Below are positions 44,001 through 55,622 of a stretch of 64,000 bases of DNA, one piece after another. The DNA comes from Mayamaea pseudoterrestris (lineage: Eukaryota). The stretch lies in the NCBI GenBank assembly GCA_027923505.1, contig BROI01000017.1:62001-126000 (forward strand), given 5' to 3'. Made by a program: the position numbers and the translations under genes. The notes below the pieces were generated by a model. It ran no database searches. It was not told the origin of the DNA and saw only the letters and a list, made by a program, of their open reading frames with translations. Each line of letters starts with the position of its first letter. Within the stretch, counting starts at the first letter, position 1.

Positions 44001-44283
44001 GATTGCCATGTTTGCAAGTCGTGCGTGTCGCGGAAGTATCATGATTGGACAAGCACTTTCGCAAAAGAACATGGATCGGATCGTCAAGCGGTTGCAGGAT
44101 GTCGATCATCCATGGAACTGTCCACACGGTCGGCCAACCATGCGTCACGTCTTGGCGCTGGAGAGCCTGCTGCGAGGAGACGATCAAAAGGCGCGTGAGC
44201 TCATTGGAGACACTGCGACCACCATGATGAGTCAGGAGGATGCTGCTGTCCCTTGCAGTCGCGAAGACGCATCCGCATGTTGA
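41014..44283 (+). CDS. PMS2: MutL-family mismatch repair endonuclease (PMS2 / yeast Pms1 type); exons 41014-41149 and 41240-44283
   Basis: AVKELVDNALDAGA, DDGCGI, TLGFRGEAL, GQFNLGFI, DQHACDEK, ASRACR, WNCPHGRPT. Intron 41150-41239. Confidence 0.95.
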
Positions 44284-44401
44284 TACTACGCTACTAGAGC
44301 ACACAGACACATTTACGGCTTGTGAAAATATTAATAAAACTACACTTACAATATCTGTAGCGCAATCCTTGTTCAAAATGGTTTATAGTTTGCCGCGCAT
44401 T

Positions 44402-45394
44402 CTACTTGCGTCCCTTTGCGATGAGAATCTTCACTGCAGTGTTCAGATTTCGGCAGCCAGTCGGCTGAATGATTTCAATGGACTCGTAGTAGTTTGCCAT
44501 TTGAGCTTCAAACTCGCGGTGGACGCTCGAAAGCCGCTCCTTGAAGCTAATCACTGCCACGTTTGCCAGTGAATGAATTGTTCGAGCGAGCGTCGAAGGA
44601 TCGTAGAGGGTGGCAACCACGTCGGCGGCAATGACAAGATCAAAGCTGGCATTGTGACTCTCTTGGTCCCAGTCCAAAACGGCAGACGATACCGAGCCTT
44701 TGGAGGACTTGTCGTGCTTGATGGTTGCCATGTAGTCCAGTATGGCAGTCGACGAATGTGTCGTCCTCTCGTCAAAAGCAGCAAAGTTTCGCGACAAATT
44801 GCGTTTCAGCAGCGGCATGAGCAAGCCCAAATCTGTCAAGGTGACATGGACATCCGTTAAGGCTTTTGCAACCATCATTCCGCAGAGGCCAGTTCCCGCG
44901 CCGAGTTCAACAATGTCGAGTGGCCGCTCGCCTGATTTGGCGTCACGCCGTAAATCGTGCAGTACATTTCCGTTTTCCTGCGACGACAAGTACTCGCCCA
45001 AAATGAAGGCAGCGTCCCAGCAAAAGCCTCCTTTTCCAAGGGACTTGTCTTGCTCCACGATTAACGAGTAGCAGCCATTAGAATAATCAATATACTTGTA
45101 GTCGACGTGCTTGAGGTCGTCATAGACGCGTTGATGGCGGAGAAAAGACTCATATATGAACAAGTTGCTCTGGTCAATTAACAAGACGATGGATTCTGAC
45201 TCATCGCCGTCGTTCATTTCATTTGCTTGCTCATCAATCTCGTCCTGATGTGCAAGATTTCTTCGAGCAGCTTCATCCTCGTGCTCCATCAATCGAAGCT
45301 GTCGCAGGCGACTCCCTCGTTGCAGCATGGCTTCGGCCGGATCGACAGATTGCTCGTCATCACTGCCACTGTCTTCTGCAACGTGATTAGTCAT
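44402..45394 (-). CDS. METTL21-family protein lysine methyltransferase
   Basis: GGFCWDAAFIL, IVELGAGTGLCG, LTDL, LDW, FDLVIAADVV. Confidence 0.88.
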   Translation of the reverse strand: MTNHVAEDSGSDDEQSVDPAEAMLQRGSRLRQLRLMEHEDEAARRNLAHQDEIDEQANEMNDGDESESIVLLIDQSNLFIYESFLRHQRVYDDLKHVDYKYIDYSNGCYSLIVEQDKSLGKGGFCWDAAFILGEYLSSQENGNVLHDLRRDAKSGERPLDIVELGAGTGLCGMMVAKALTDVHVTLTDLGLLMPLLKRNLSRNFAAFDERTTHSSTAILDYMATIKHDKSSKGSVSSAVLDWDQESHNASFDLVIAADVVATLYDPSTLARTIHSLANVAVISFKERLSSVHREFEAQMANYYESIEIIQPTGCRNLNTAVKILIAKGRK

Positions 45395-45684
45395 GTAATG
45401 AGGCAAAAAGAATTGGTCGATTACTACTCGAGCAATGGATGATGATGAAGCAAAAAATAATATCGGACAGAGGGACGAGGGACGAAAAAATGGCACAAAT
45501 GAGTACCAATGCGACTATGTAGCTATGTAGCTATCTCGCCTTTCCATTACGTATGCCCATGTTCCGACAAACAGGCGAAAGGCAACTACAATTCTACCGG
45601 TAGCAGAGTTTCTGGACAATGTTCCATGCGTCTTATCATATGTATACTCGTACAACAGAGTGGCCATGAAAAACTCCTGCTCGT

Positions 45685-47302
45685 TCAAGGCGCAGGCGTA
45701 CACTTGGGCTCGTGCATCTTCCAGTGCGCTTTCTGACACGCAGTCGAGCAGTATCGAGCGTCCTTGCATCGAGAGCACCGAAATAGCTTGCTATCATGAA
45801 TCAAAGCTTTTGCCGAGCATGCTGGATTGTTGCAATTTAAGTCAACTCCTGGATATTGAAGGCGCGCAGCTTTTCGAATGTCAATTTCCTCGCGCAGTTT
45901 TTCAAGGTCACTTGGTGGTGTGTAATTATAAGACACTCCACGCGCAATCCATGAATGTACCACAGTGTTGAATTTCTTAAGCGAAGGCGTCCGAAAGGCT
46001 TTTGCTAGAGCTGACTTTGCTGCGTCAATGTTACGATAGGGTGCCTTTTAAATCAAAGGGGAAAACTTCATGGCAGTAAAGCCAGCTACGTTGCTCATGG
46101 CGATAAATGGCGCTGGAGTCTTGTTTGATGATGCAAGACCAACAGAGTACAGATTCATCAATTGTATGATTATACCTTCGAGGGACTTTTCACCAAATGC
46201 GTTGCTCTCGTCGGCACTCTCAAACAGCGCGCGAAGTCCGCTTAAGCATGCCATTTCAGCTCGTAGTCCATCATTATTTAGAACATAGGCATTGCATTGG
46301 CGAGAAAGCGAACAAGCTCGTAACGCATTGTTTGATACGTTGCGGCCAGCCCATTCGTAAATCTCAATCGCGGCAGCATGCTTTCTGCCAAGCTCCAGAG
46401 CCTCGCCAACATTTATCAGGTAGTATTGTTGACAATCTCTAGACTGACTAGTCTGGACCATAATATCGGTCAAAACAATTGCAAGGTCAAGCACATCCTT
46501 CCACATTTCCCAAGCTAAATATCCGCTCGAGGTTGTCCCGCGTGCGTTGAACAAAAAAGCCGAACCAAAGTCGCATCCAGCGATTCTTAAAACATGGTGC
46601 AGAACTCGCATAATTAAAAATTCCTCCTGGTCTTGCGTCATACCCTCAAACTTCCACTTGGACTCGTAATGCATGCCTTGGAGTTCCGCGTTTTGAAAAT
46701 GTGAAACTCGCAATCTTTTGGTCGGCTTCAGACATTTCGTAAACATGAATACATAACGCAGGCCATGGCAGATTGAACATGAAAGGAGGACAGGTACCGT
46801 CGAGTGGGTGCTGGAAGGAATGACTCCACTTTGCGATAAAGTTGCCAGCATAAATGTCATTGTACAAGGCTTCCGCCTCCACTGTTTTGAAAAACGAATC
46901 GAATGGCGGCTTTCCAGAGAGATCCTGCGCCGATGGGCGAGCTAGCTTTCCATGAGGTAATTCCGGATCAATCAAAAGCTCTGCCTGGGCAAAGGATGAA
47001 CCAATCTTGCCATAGCAAGGAAAGGTGGAGGATCGAAAGTCGGCGATTCGTGTCGTCACTACTTTGTCGTGCTGCCGAACCAGCTCAGCTTGATTGCATG
47101 GTACGAAAATGGTTCTAGCGTGCGGTTGAGGTTGATTGTCTTGGTGGATAGGACGGCTTTTATATTCGTCAATGACTACTCCAAAATTGGCATTTGCATC
47201 GTCTTGATCGAATGGCTCGAAACGAACAAACCCTCTCTTGCCTTTCTCTGGATGCGGAGCTGCAATCTCGACAAAATCTCCAGCGTGTACTTGAATAGCA
47301 GA
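45685..47302 (-). pseudogene. MYND zinc-finger protein interrupted by one frameshift and one in-frame stop (pseudogene or sequence error)
   Basis: Three track ORFs chain together: a frameshift near 46696-46699, TAA at 46048-46050 in frame with the last ORF, then CNNPAC..CSRCKDARYCSTACQKAHWKMHEPKC. Confidence 0.75.
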
Positions 47303-47404
47303 CATTGGTGATATAGATTCAAGTAATTTGTTAAGGACGATTGCTGGACTGTCGATGGTCACACAGGAATAATGCAATCAAGTCGGGCTGCCTCGCAACT
47401 ATTT

Positions 47405-47752
47405 CGTCAAGGCAATAGTACGAAACGAGTGCCAGTGTCAATTACGTCATCAGGCAATAGTACGAAACAACTGCCAGTGTCAATTACGTCATAAGACAAT
47501 ATTACGAAACGAGTGCCAGTGAAAAATGCGTCATAAGGCATAATTGTGAAACGAGTGCCAGTGAAAACTGCGTCATTAGGGCAATAATAGGAAACGAGTG
47601 CCAGTGAAAACGACGTCATCATGGCAATAGTACGAAACGAGTGCCAGTGAAAACGACGTCACAGAGGCAATAGTACGAAACGAGTGCCAGTGTCAATTAC
47701 GTCACAGGGCAGTAGTACGAAACGAGTGCCAGTGAAAACGACGTCACAAGGC
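47405..47752 (+). repeat. 42/43-bp unit array, 8 copies
   Basis: Same unit as 1300-1648, with two subtypes (GTGAAAAC.. and GTGTCAATT..) intermixed. Lies between divergent MYND and aspartyl protease genes. Confidence 0.95.
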
Positions 47753-47870
47753 GTCTGTCGTTTCCTGCACCTTGACGACGCCGAAGAAGCGAGAGTCTTC
47801 TCTCTCATGATCAAGTCTATAAACAGCTGCTGCGAGGGATGAGATAACATTATAGCATTCAATTACCAAC

Positions 47871-49208
47871 ATGATGAAAATACTGATGGCACTCACGCTG
47901 TCGGTGCAGCTGTCTCGAGTCGCAGGCTTCGTCCTTCAATCGCAGCAGCAACGTCGACACGCGTCGGCATTTTCTTCATTGTCACGCCTGCAATCCAGTA
48001 CGTTGGATGAGGAGCAGGTTCGCAGCATGTCAGTGAAAGTACTGAAAATGGAACTAAGTAAACTTAAAGTTTCATCGGCTGACGTCTTTGAAAAGGAGGA
48101 ACTGGTGGCTCGGTATATGCAAAATCTCCAAGAACAAACTGACAATGGAACCACTGACGAAGCTACTGCTGCGTCATTCTCCACTGCAGCATCGACCGAA
48201 ACGACTGACAATAACGATTCGAACATTATCAAGGCTCCAATCCACATGATTTACCTGGACGTTGGTTCCCGCGTGGCAGCCTCCAACATGCAGGGCGGCG
48301 TGACCATTCTGTCTGACACTGCCTATGCCACGTTGCAGCTAACCATCAATCAGGAAACTGTCACGCTGCTACTTGACACTGCCGCCACTGGCCTTTTGTT
48401 TCGACCGTCGGCGATACAAAAATGCAAGCTGAGCGTATTTCAAAAGCCAGTCACTGTCATGGCGGCTGGATCAGCCGCGGGCGATCAATTGAAGAAGCAA
48501 ATGACGGACGTTGCAGAGCTAACCGACTTTAGGCTAGGCGGTCACCACTTTCGCGACAAGATGTATCCAATTGTTATACAAGACTTGGATGTCATTACGG
48601 ATACTAGAATTGATGGCATTATTGGATTGAGCTTTCTGCAAGACTTTGCAGCCGTGGACTTGGACTTTGGCAACAAGCAACTCATCATGTACAAAGACAA
48701 GGTTCCAAAGATAATGCCGTCGCAAACGTTGCTCACAGAAGCCAAAATGACAAGGCTGTCGTCGCAGGCTGGTGGTATATTGTACGCTCCCGTTTGGTTT
48801 GGCGATCGAGGACCCGTCAACATGCTTGTTGACTCGGGGTCGTCGTCGACTATCTTGAGTTTCAAAGGCTTAAAAGATTTGGGTTTGGATGTAAATAATG
48901 ACAAGTTTGTCCAGCGGGTACCTAATCCGACGGGCTCGTTGGGACTGGACAAGGTTGTGGTTGATATGACGCATCGGATTCGGGTGGGCAGTACGTTTCG
49001 ATTGAGTAATGACGAGTCGCTACCGGGTGTTTCGCTGGCGGGTGATGATCGTCGGTTGACTGTTGACATTGGCAATTTACCATTGTTTGAAGCACTAGCC
49101 AGCTATGGCGTGGGTGGTATACTCGGCGTGGATGCGCTCATGCGGTCGTCCATCTGTCGACTGTCTTTTAAAGGCAACTCGCAGCCAACAATATCAATTA
49201 TAGAATAG
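47871..49208 (+). CDS. Plastid-targeted two-domain retropepsin-like aspartyl protease with N-terminal SAP/LEM-like helices
   Basis: Signal peptide ending VAG-FVL; LLLDTAA...DGIIGLSFL and MLVDSGS...GGILGVDAL. Confidence 0.8.
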   Translation: MMKILMALTLSVQLSRVAGFVLQSQQQRRHASAFSSLSRLQSSTLDEEQVRSMSVKVLKMELSKLKVSSADVFEKEELVARYMQNLQEQTDNGTTDEATAASFSTAASTETTDNNDSNIIKAPIHMIYLDVGSRVAASNMQGGVTILSDTAYATLQLTINQETVTLLLDTAATGLLFRPSAIQKCKLSVFQKPVTVMAAGSAAGDQLKKQMTDVAELTDFRLGGHHFRDKMYPIVIQDLDVITDTRIDGIIGLSFLQDFAAVDLDFGNKQLIMYKDKVPKIMPSQTLLTEAKMTRLSSQAGGILYAPVWFGDRGPVNMLVDSGSSSTILSFKGLKDLGLDVNNDKFVQRVPNPTGSLGLDKVVVDMTHRIRVGSTFRLSNDESLPGVSLAGDDRRLTVDIGNLPLFEALASYGVGGILGVDALMRSSICRLSFKGNSQPTISIIE

Positions 49209-49357
49209 ATGTGGGGAGCAACGCGGGTAATGTGCGCGCTATCTTCATTTACTGCTACGCATGACGCTGTTTTGTAAAGCGCTGGCACATTAGTCGTTTG
49301 TGAACTCTAATTATTAATTTTTAATGTGACATATTTAATGGACGAGCATAGGTAGCT

Positions 49358-52300
49358 TTACCATTGCGAAAACGCAGCCTGGGTACCATGAGTCTCCAAA
49401 TTATTGTAAGCTTGTTCGATATCTTCCGTGTCGCCACCTTGGCGATGGTGCTCCAAAACACTCCGTATGAAATGCATTTTGCCCAAGCACTTTTCGGAAC
49501 TTGGCATGGACGCCGGCGTATTGGAAGAAAGCTGCTGTTTATCTTTCAGGAAGCGGCGACCCAAACATGGTGTTGCAAACTCTTCATGGCGCGCTCGCTC
49601 GCAATCTAGTTCCCGGTGTATAGTATCGTCGTTCGCAGCATCCGGATCCACTTGGTCTAATATATCTTGCGTGTAATCCAGCTGAGACGTGTCGTTGATA
49701 AAGCCGCCAGCTGCCAGAGCTTCCTCCTCTTCAATCGCCCGAATAGCATCCTCTTCGTCACCGTCTCCATCAATATCCTCGTCCGAGTCACAGTCAGCTT
49801 CCTCCTGGACAAAACGCCGCAGATGATGCTGGCGTCGCCGTTTTCGGGTCGAATCGCTTTCATGTGTTTCGGCGTTGGCGGACAGGTCCAACAGCGGACA
49901 ACGATTTGCCTCTTGAATTGATTTACGATGTGTTGGTGGCTTTTTACTCTTCTTCCCTCTAATCTTTTTTAGTCGTTGCGGTTTATCGCGGCTGCCATGA
50001 CACTTCACATGTCGCCACAAACTCCCAACGCCCTGCTTCAAGGCTCCTCCATGTTCTCCAACATGGCACTCGACGCATTCGAATGAGCCTTTCAGTCCTT
50101 TATTTCGCGAAAGACATGGGTCACAAAACCAGTCCTCGTCCGGCATCAGAGGTGTGCGAACCGAATAGCAGGACACATGCACCGCCAAGTCACAACAACG
50201 CCCGGGCGAACGCTCGCCATCGCACAGTATGATAGGATTCTCATCCGGACTATGCCCTAACCTACAAACGGCGCAAATGATATCATCTGCATCTCCAGGA
50301 TGACTGCTGCTGCATTGTGTGTCCATTGGTTCGTCTTGGGTGTTGGTCAAGTCGCAAGAGAGCGACCCCAAAGACTTTCGCTTGCGTGTGACGTAAGGAT
50401 TCACAATCTGTACCTCCGGTGAGTCTTGAATGACAAGAAAGTTTTTCTTGGACTTCTTCACCATGTGACGGATGGATGCTTCACTTTCTGGACTATCATT
50501 ATTGACAGTCAAGTGTGAATTGTTTTTCGCTTCATTACTTCTGGAGTACACTCGGCTGGAGTCAGTTTGACTTTCTTGAAGCTTTGCATTAGACGACTTA
50601 TCAGATTGCTCCGAAGGATGCGTTGATGCTTTCAGTATCGTTCTGTCGCTGCCCATCAGAAGGTCCTTTGATACGTCGTCAATGGCTTTCATTTCCACAA
50701 ATGCGACTGACTCATCATCGCTTTCGTCCGAACTAGACGCTGGCGTCGGTAGGCGAAATTCATCAAGCACGGCTTTCGCAGGTGGAGTGTTGGGTAGATT
50801 AGTATTTATGTGAACGTTTAGGACATCATTGCTAGACCCACCACCCTCGGCGCAGTCACTTTCCCCAGGCACGTTCGACACTAAATCATCATCCAAATGC
50901 TCATCGTCATCACTGGATGATTCACAATCTGGAGGAAGACAAAAGTCTTCAAACTGTGCCTGTGATGCTAGTGACGCAGCATGCTGCTCCCTCGGCAGTT
51001 CCATACCAATCGCCGCGACGTTTCTGGATGGTGAAGGTCGACAGACACTTGTTTCGGGCAGAGTCGGCTTCGCATGTGCTATCGAGTTGCCTACTGTTAG
51101 TGTTGCATCTGCATCATAATTAGCCGTCGGTATTACTTCCAGAGGTGCATCTACAGTGGACGAATCGACCACCTGTTCATTTGGGACGATGCGCTTCATC
51201 TCAACTCCCCATTCGCCCCGAGAATTGTCAACTACTAGCGGGAAAAGAGTGTCGAGCGCTTCGTCGTTGCTGCCTCGGAAGCCTCGACTGCGAGTTACAC
51301 CAGATACTGCTTCATTCGCTACATCATTCGAAGCCTCCAGCTTGCAAAGAAACGCCACCGTACGTCCAGAATAATTTTCCTTCATGCTTTCAGTGACTGT
51401 TTTAAGCTTCCTGCCTGCCAATAGTCGTCGCCGTAAACTCGTCATGCCTGTTCCTTCCACTGATAGCTGTACCCTAGCGTATTGTCGTAGTATGTTCAGC
51501 CGCTGCGCATTCTCATCTTCGGTCAGTTTCCAGCGTGTAAAGCTCGCGACTATCGTTTTGTCTTTGCGGTTGGCTCCTCCAATCCCTTCTACTTGCGATT
51601 CACGAAAATTTTGCGAGAAGTTCATAGCAACTCTTGACTGCTCAGGTTCAACCTCAAACATTGGTACTGTAGGTAAGGTTGTAAATGCTTTTGGATTCTT
51701 GAGCGCATGCTGCAAGGTACGTTCCTTCTGCTTGGACGAATTCATAGTCTTTTCCTCCGCTCCTTCCGATACAAGACAAACAACGCGCCCTTCTCGCTTA
51801 CGTCCGGTGCGACCAATGCGCTGTAGACTGCGTATCGGACTGCTGAGTGTGTCAAAATTTACAATCAAGTCAACCTCGCCAATATCAAGCCCTTCTTCAC
51901 CAATGCAAGTACACTGTTGCAACAAAATTTAAGCAGAATTTAATACACAAGTTCAACGGCACAGATATGTGTCAATCTTCGGCAATTATGACTTACCACA
52001 AGGACGTTGTAGACGTCATTGCGGAATTCGCGGATTACGTTGTGTTGCTCAGTTTGGTTCATTCCTTGCAGCTGCTGTCCTGGGTTTGAATCATCTTTCT
52101 TTACCTTTGCTCCCTTGCCTTGTCCAATAAAGTGCCTCGATCGGATTGTGGGTTTGTGAGGGTCGAGCACGGCGACAATCTCCGAAACTGAATCGCGAAA
52201 CTGCGAAAAGACAATTGCTCTCGACGACTTGCCACACGCTCTCGCTCGTTCAAAGTGTTCCTGCAAGATTTCGCACAGCTTGGCAAGTTTTGGATTGTTG

Positions 52301-54306
52301 TGTAACCGATCGCGGGCATCCGTTTCATGCGCATTCGGATCGCAGGCAGCTCGCGATATTTCGTCCCAAAGTTTGACAAATTCGGGCCCCTTGACAATCT
52401 TGGCAACCATGCCATTCGGACGTCCTATGCGCAATTCGTTAATCTTGGTGCGTACCATGCCGACTCCTTGCTTGTGTAAAAAGTCCCGTATTTGCACAAA
52501 CTTTTGTGCTGCAAAAAAGAAACCCGACATGGCGGAATCTTGCGTTCGCTCCTTGTAGGCTTCGCTCTCCTTCATGATATTATAACATGAAATGGAATTG
52601 TTGGTTCCAAATCGCTGAAAGCAACCAGCGTTCCGCAAACGACTAATAAGGGGGTCTATTATTGCGTTAAGTGCCACTTCAATCCCTTTTGAAGCAGCTA
52701 CTTGTGGTACAACGATAATCTCTGATGTGCGAGTGTGCGTGTACTGCGAGACCGACGGGTCCGACTCATTGCGCGCCTCAATGCGGTTGATACCAAGCAC
52801 GTCAATCACCTTTTGAATCGCCTTGATGTTAGCACCAGGCGTTGCACTCAGACCCAGTACGCGGAATTTTGCTCCAGAATGTTCCAAGTATTGAACAACA
52901 TTCACGTAAGCGTAGTTGCCAGCAGCGCGGTGCGCCTCATCCAACACGACGCAAACGACATCCTGCGCCGGACACGTTCCATGCTCCAAATCCTTTTGCA
53001 CCGTTTGCGGCGTGCAGAAAAAGACGCTGCGCTCCTGCCAAATAGCCAGTCGCTTTTCCTGCGACACCTTGCCAGTCAGCATGGCCGTAACGTAGGTTGG
53101 AATGCCCATGATTTGGTAGCAAGCTTTAATTTGTTGCTGTACGAGCGGCAAGGTTGGCGCCATGAATACCACCTTGCCAGTTGGAAACCAGCGATGGTAG
53201 TTGTACATGACAACGGCAGCAATCAGCGTCTTGCCGAGCCCGGTTGGTAGCGAGACGAGTGTATTGTGGAAAATGGCAGTGGAGGACATTTCGAGTTGGT
53301 ATAGACGAGTCGGGTAATCGGGATTCTGCGGATAAATCCAATCATGAGCCGTGCTTGGGTCAATTGGAACTGGCCCTGGCGAATACGGTGGTCGAACCAT
53401 GCCATACTGGCGACTGATCTTATTCTTGTCTTCCGCTTCATTTGGGCGCTTGGTCTTTAATGTCGCTGACTTTCCTTGCAGCGAGACCCCAGGTCGATGA
53501 TACTTGGCTAATGTAGATTGCTGAGGACCATTTGACGTGTTTAACGTATTCACAGGTGTTGGATTGTCGTTAACAGCGGCGGTGGTAATGGCAGATTGCG
53601 CCGAATGTATGGCGTTGTTAACAGTCGGTGCCTCGTTTCGAGTAGTTACTGCATGACTAGCAGCGGCTGAAACAGACGCAGTCGCCCACGATGATGGAGG
53701 CAGCTGCATCAAGTTCTTATCGGTACTGTCCAAATGTAGAGCCGTTCTATTGACGTGTATATTTTGGCCATTGCTCGATGCCACTATTCCTGCGTCTGCT
53801 GTCGCGCCGCGTGCACTTGCGTCCGCCTGGTCTATCTGAGCCCCCGCCATTGTCGTAACACTAGAAGCTACAGTCGCGCTGCTACTAGTTGTAGATTGCT
53901 GATTGCTGTGATTCGTCATGGCCGACGCAGGTCGTTTCTTGGCGTATGGATTGTGCGTTATTGTCGCCGCTTTTGGCTTTGACACCGCTGTTGCTGCTGC
54001 TGCAACAGGCGCACTAGCTGTACTCGATGTCACTACTCTTGCTGTTGAACTATTAATTTGACTCACTGTTCCGCTTGCACCTCCAAAAACAGCGTCAAGA
54101 GTGCCTTGCTTGATAGCTGCTGGTGCTCCTTGCAACGGCGCTGGACTTGCAGGCGCAGCAGCATTGACAGTCTTTGGAATTGGAACTCCCAGGACAAAGT
54201 CAGCCATTTGTTTCTTGGTGACTCGCATTTCATTGCACATGGCGCATCGCTCGCAGGGAGCATGGTGCTTGTAGGTGCAGTTGGAGCAGGTCCATCCAAA
54301 TGACAT
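49358..54306 (-). CDS. FANCM: FANCM/Mph1 DEAH helicase; exons 54306-51997 and 51913-49358
   Basis: RLYQ, LPTGLGKT, FMAPTLPLV, LDEAHRA, LSATPG, NVLV|CTCIGEEGLDIGEVD, QRIGRTGRKR. Intron 51914-51996. Confidence 0.94.
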
Positions 54307-54703
54307 TGTTGATGGGCGCTGATGAATGACGAATTATGAACGAACTGAAATTTTGGAGCGAGAAAATGAGGCGATAGTCCGTAATCAAATCCTGTTTATT
54401 CAAGCTCGTCTCGGGGAGGCTTGTTAGTGGTTCGGGTATTGGTAAAGACTAACATGAAGGGTGGATGATCATCATCATGGTGAAAAATGAGTGCCGACAA
54501 AAACTGACGAATTGTAAGTCGTTCACGTTTCCTTGTTAGACTTTGAGTAACGCTACGATGTTTATCGGAACGGTACTCAATCGCATGAACGATGACGAAC
54601 AACTCGACCATGGCCACGCAAAACTGACAGTGAGTGCTCATCAGCCGCCCGTTCTTACGCACCCTGATTACAAGCAATAATTTACCAGTGACATACAGCC
54701 ACG

Positions 54704-55213
54704 ATGCAAGCTATACATAGAATTAGAATAACTTCTAGCAGAGGTCTGCAACAGTCGATGCAAAGATCAAACGTCATCGTCTCTAGTACATCACAACTAC
54801 AATCACCATCAGTTCATTTCATTCGATGGCACGGAGGCGGGCCTGGAGCCGATGCTCCCACCATCACAGTCTCCTTTAGACTTGCCGACGACTCGATCAA
54901 AACAGTTGATGCTCGGATTGGTGAGTCACTGCTACAAACAGCACACCGCCATGACGTGGACTTGGAAGGCGCCTGCGAAGGTGTTTGTGCCTGCAGCACC
55001 TGCCATTTGATATTTCCGGCAAGCATTTATGATCAGCTACCGGAACCATCAGAAGATGAAGAAGATATGCTGGACATGGCATTTGGATTGACTGAAACAA
55101 GTCGACTTGGGTGTCAGGTCATTGTCACGCCGGAAATGGAGAATGCAGTATTGGAGTTACCCAAGGCGACAAGAAACTTTTATGTGGATGGGCATGTCCC
55201 AAAGCCGCATTAG
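54704..55213 (+). CDS. Mitochondrial adrenodoxin-type 2Fe-2S ferredoxin
   Basis: LEGACEGVCACSTCH, EEDMLDMAFGLTETSRLGCQ, VDGHVPKPH; Arg/Ser-rich presequence. Confidence 0.95.
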   Translation: MQAIHRIRITSSRGLQQSMQRSNVIVSSTSQLQSPSVHFIRWHGGGPGADAPTITVSFRLADDSIKTVDARIGESLLQTAHRHDVDLEGACEGVCACSTCHLIFPASIYDQLPEPSEDEEDMLDMAFGLTETSRLGCQVIVTPEMENAVLELPKATRNFYVDGHVPKPH

Positions 55214-55622
55214 GGAGTCAAGAGGGAAGTGGAGCTTGATGATTGAGGATGTGGCGATGTTTAGAGAACGAAGCTCTGCTAAATTGACTCTGGAATTGGA
55301 TCGGGGAGAGCGGCAAACAAGCTGATTCTTGTCATTAAATAACAATAGCACAATATTATACTATGCACTGCCTATTATTGCGTCGAAAGAAACTAACGTT
55401 GGAGCGGAACAAATAGTAGCATTGAGCTACTACCAGTAGCTTGGACGTCTTTAACTAGCGCTACGACATCGATCACGCAACTTCTTTCCTCTTCTTATCG
55501 GCATGCGGCAATGCGTGGTCCCGCTCATCGATTTCCTCACACAAAACGTTCCTTCCACTTCCTTATTTCGCATGTACAAACTAGCAGCCTTGTCTTCCAT
55601 CTTGTTTTGTAACGGGAAGAAT

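Noticed and set aside
47405..47752. Hammerhead ribozyme in the 42-bp unit (CGAAAC and GTC present)
   Set aside because: No CTGANGA core and no consistent flanking stems.
41014..54306. DNA-repair gene cluster (PMS2, FANCM, with TatD and HNH elsewhere)
   Set aside because: The genes are separated by unrelated ones and nothing shows co-regulation; compatible with chance.
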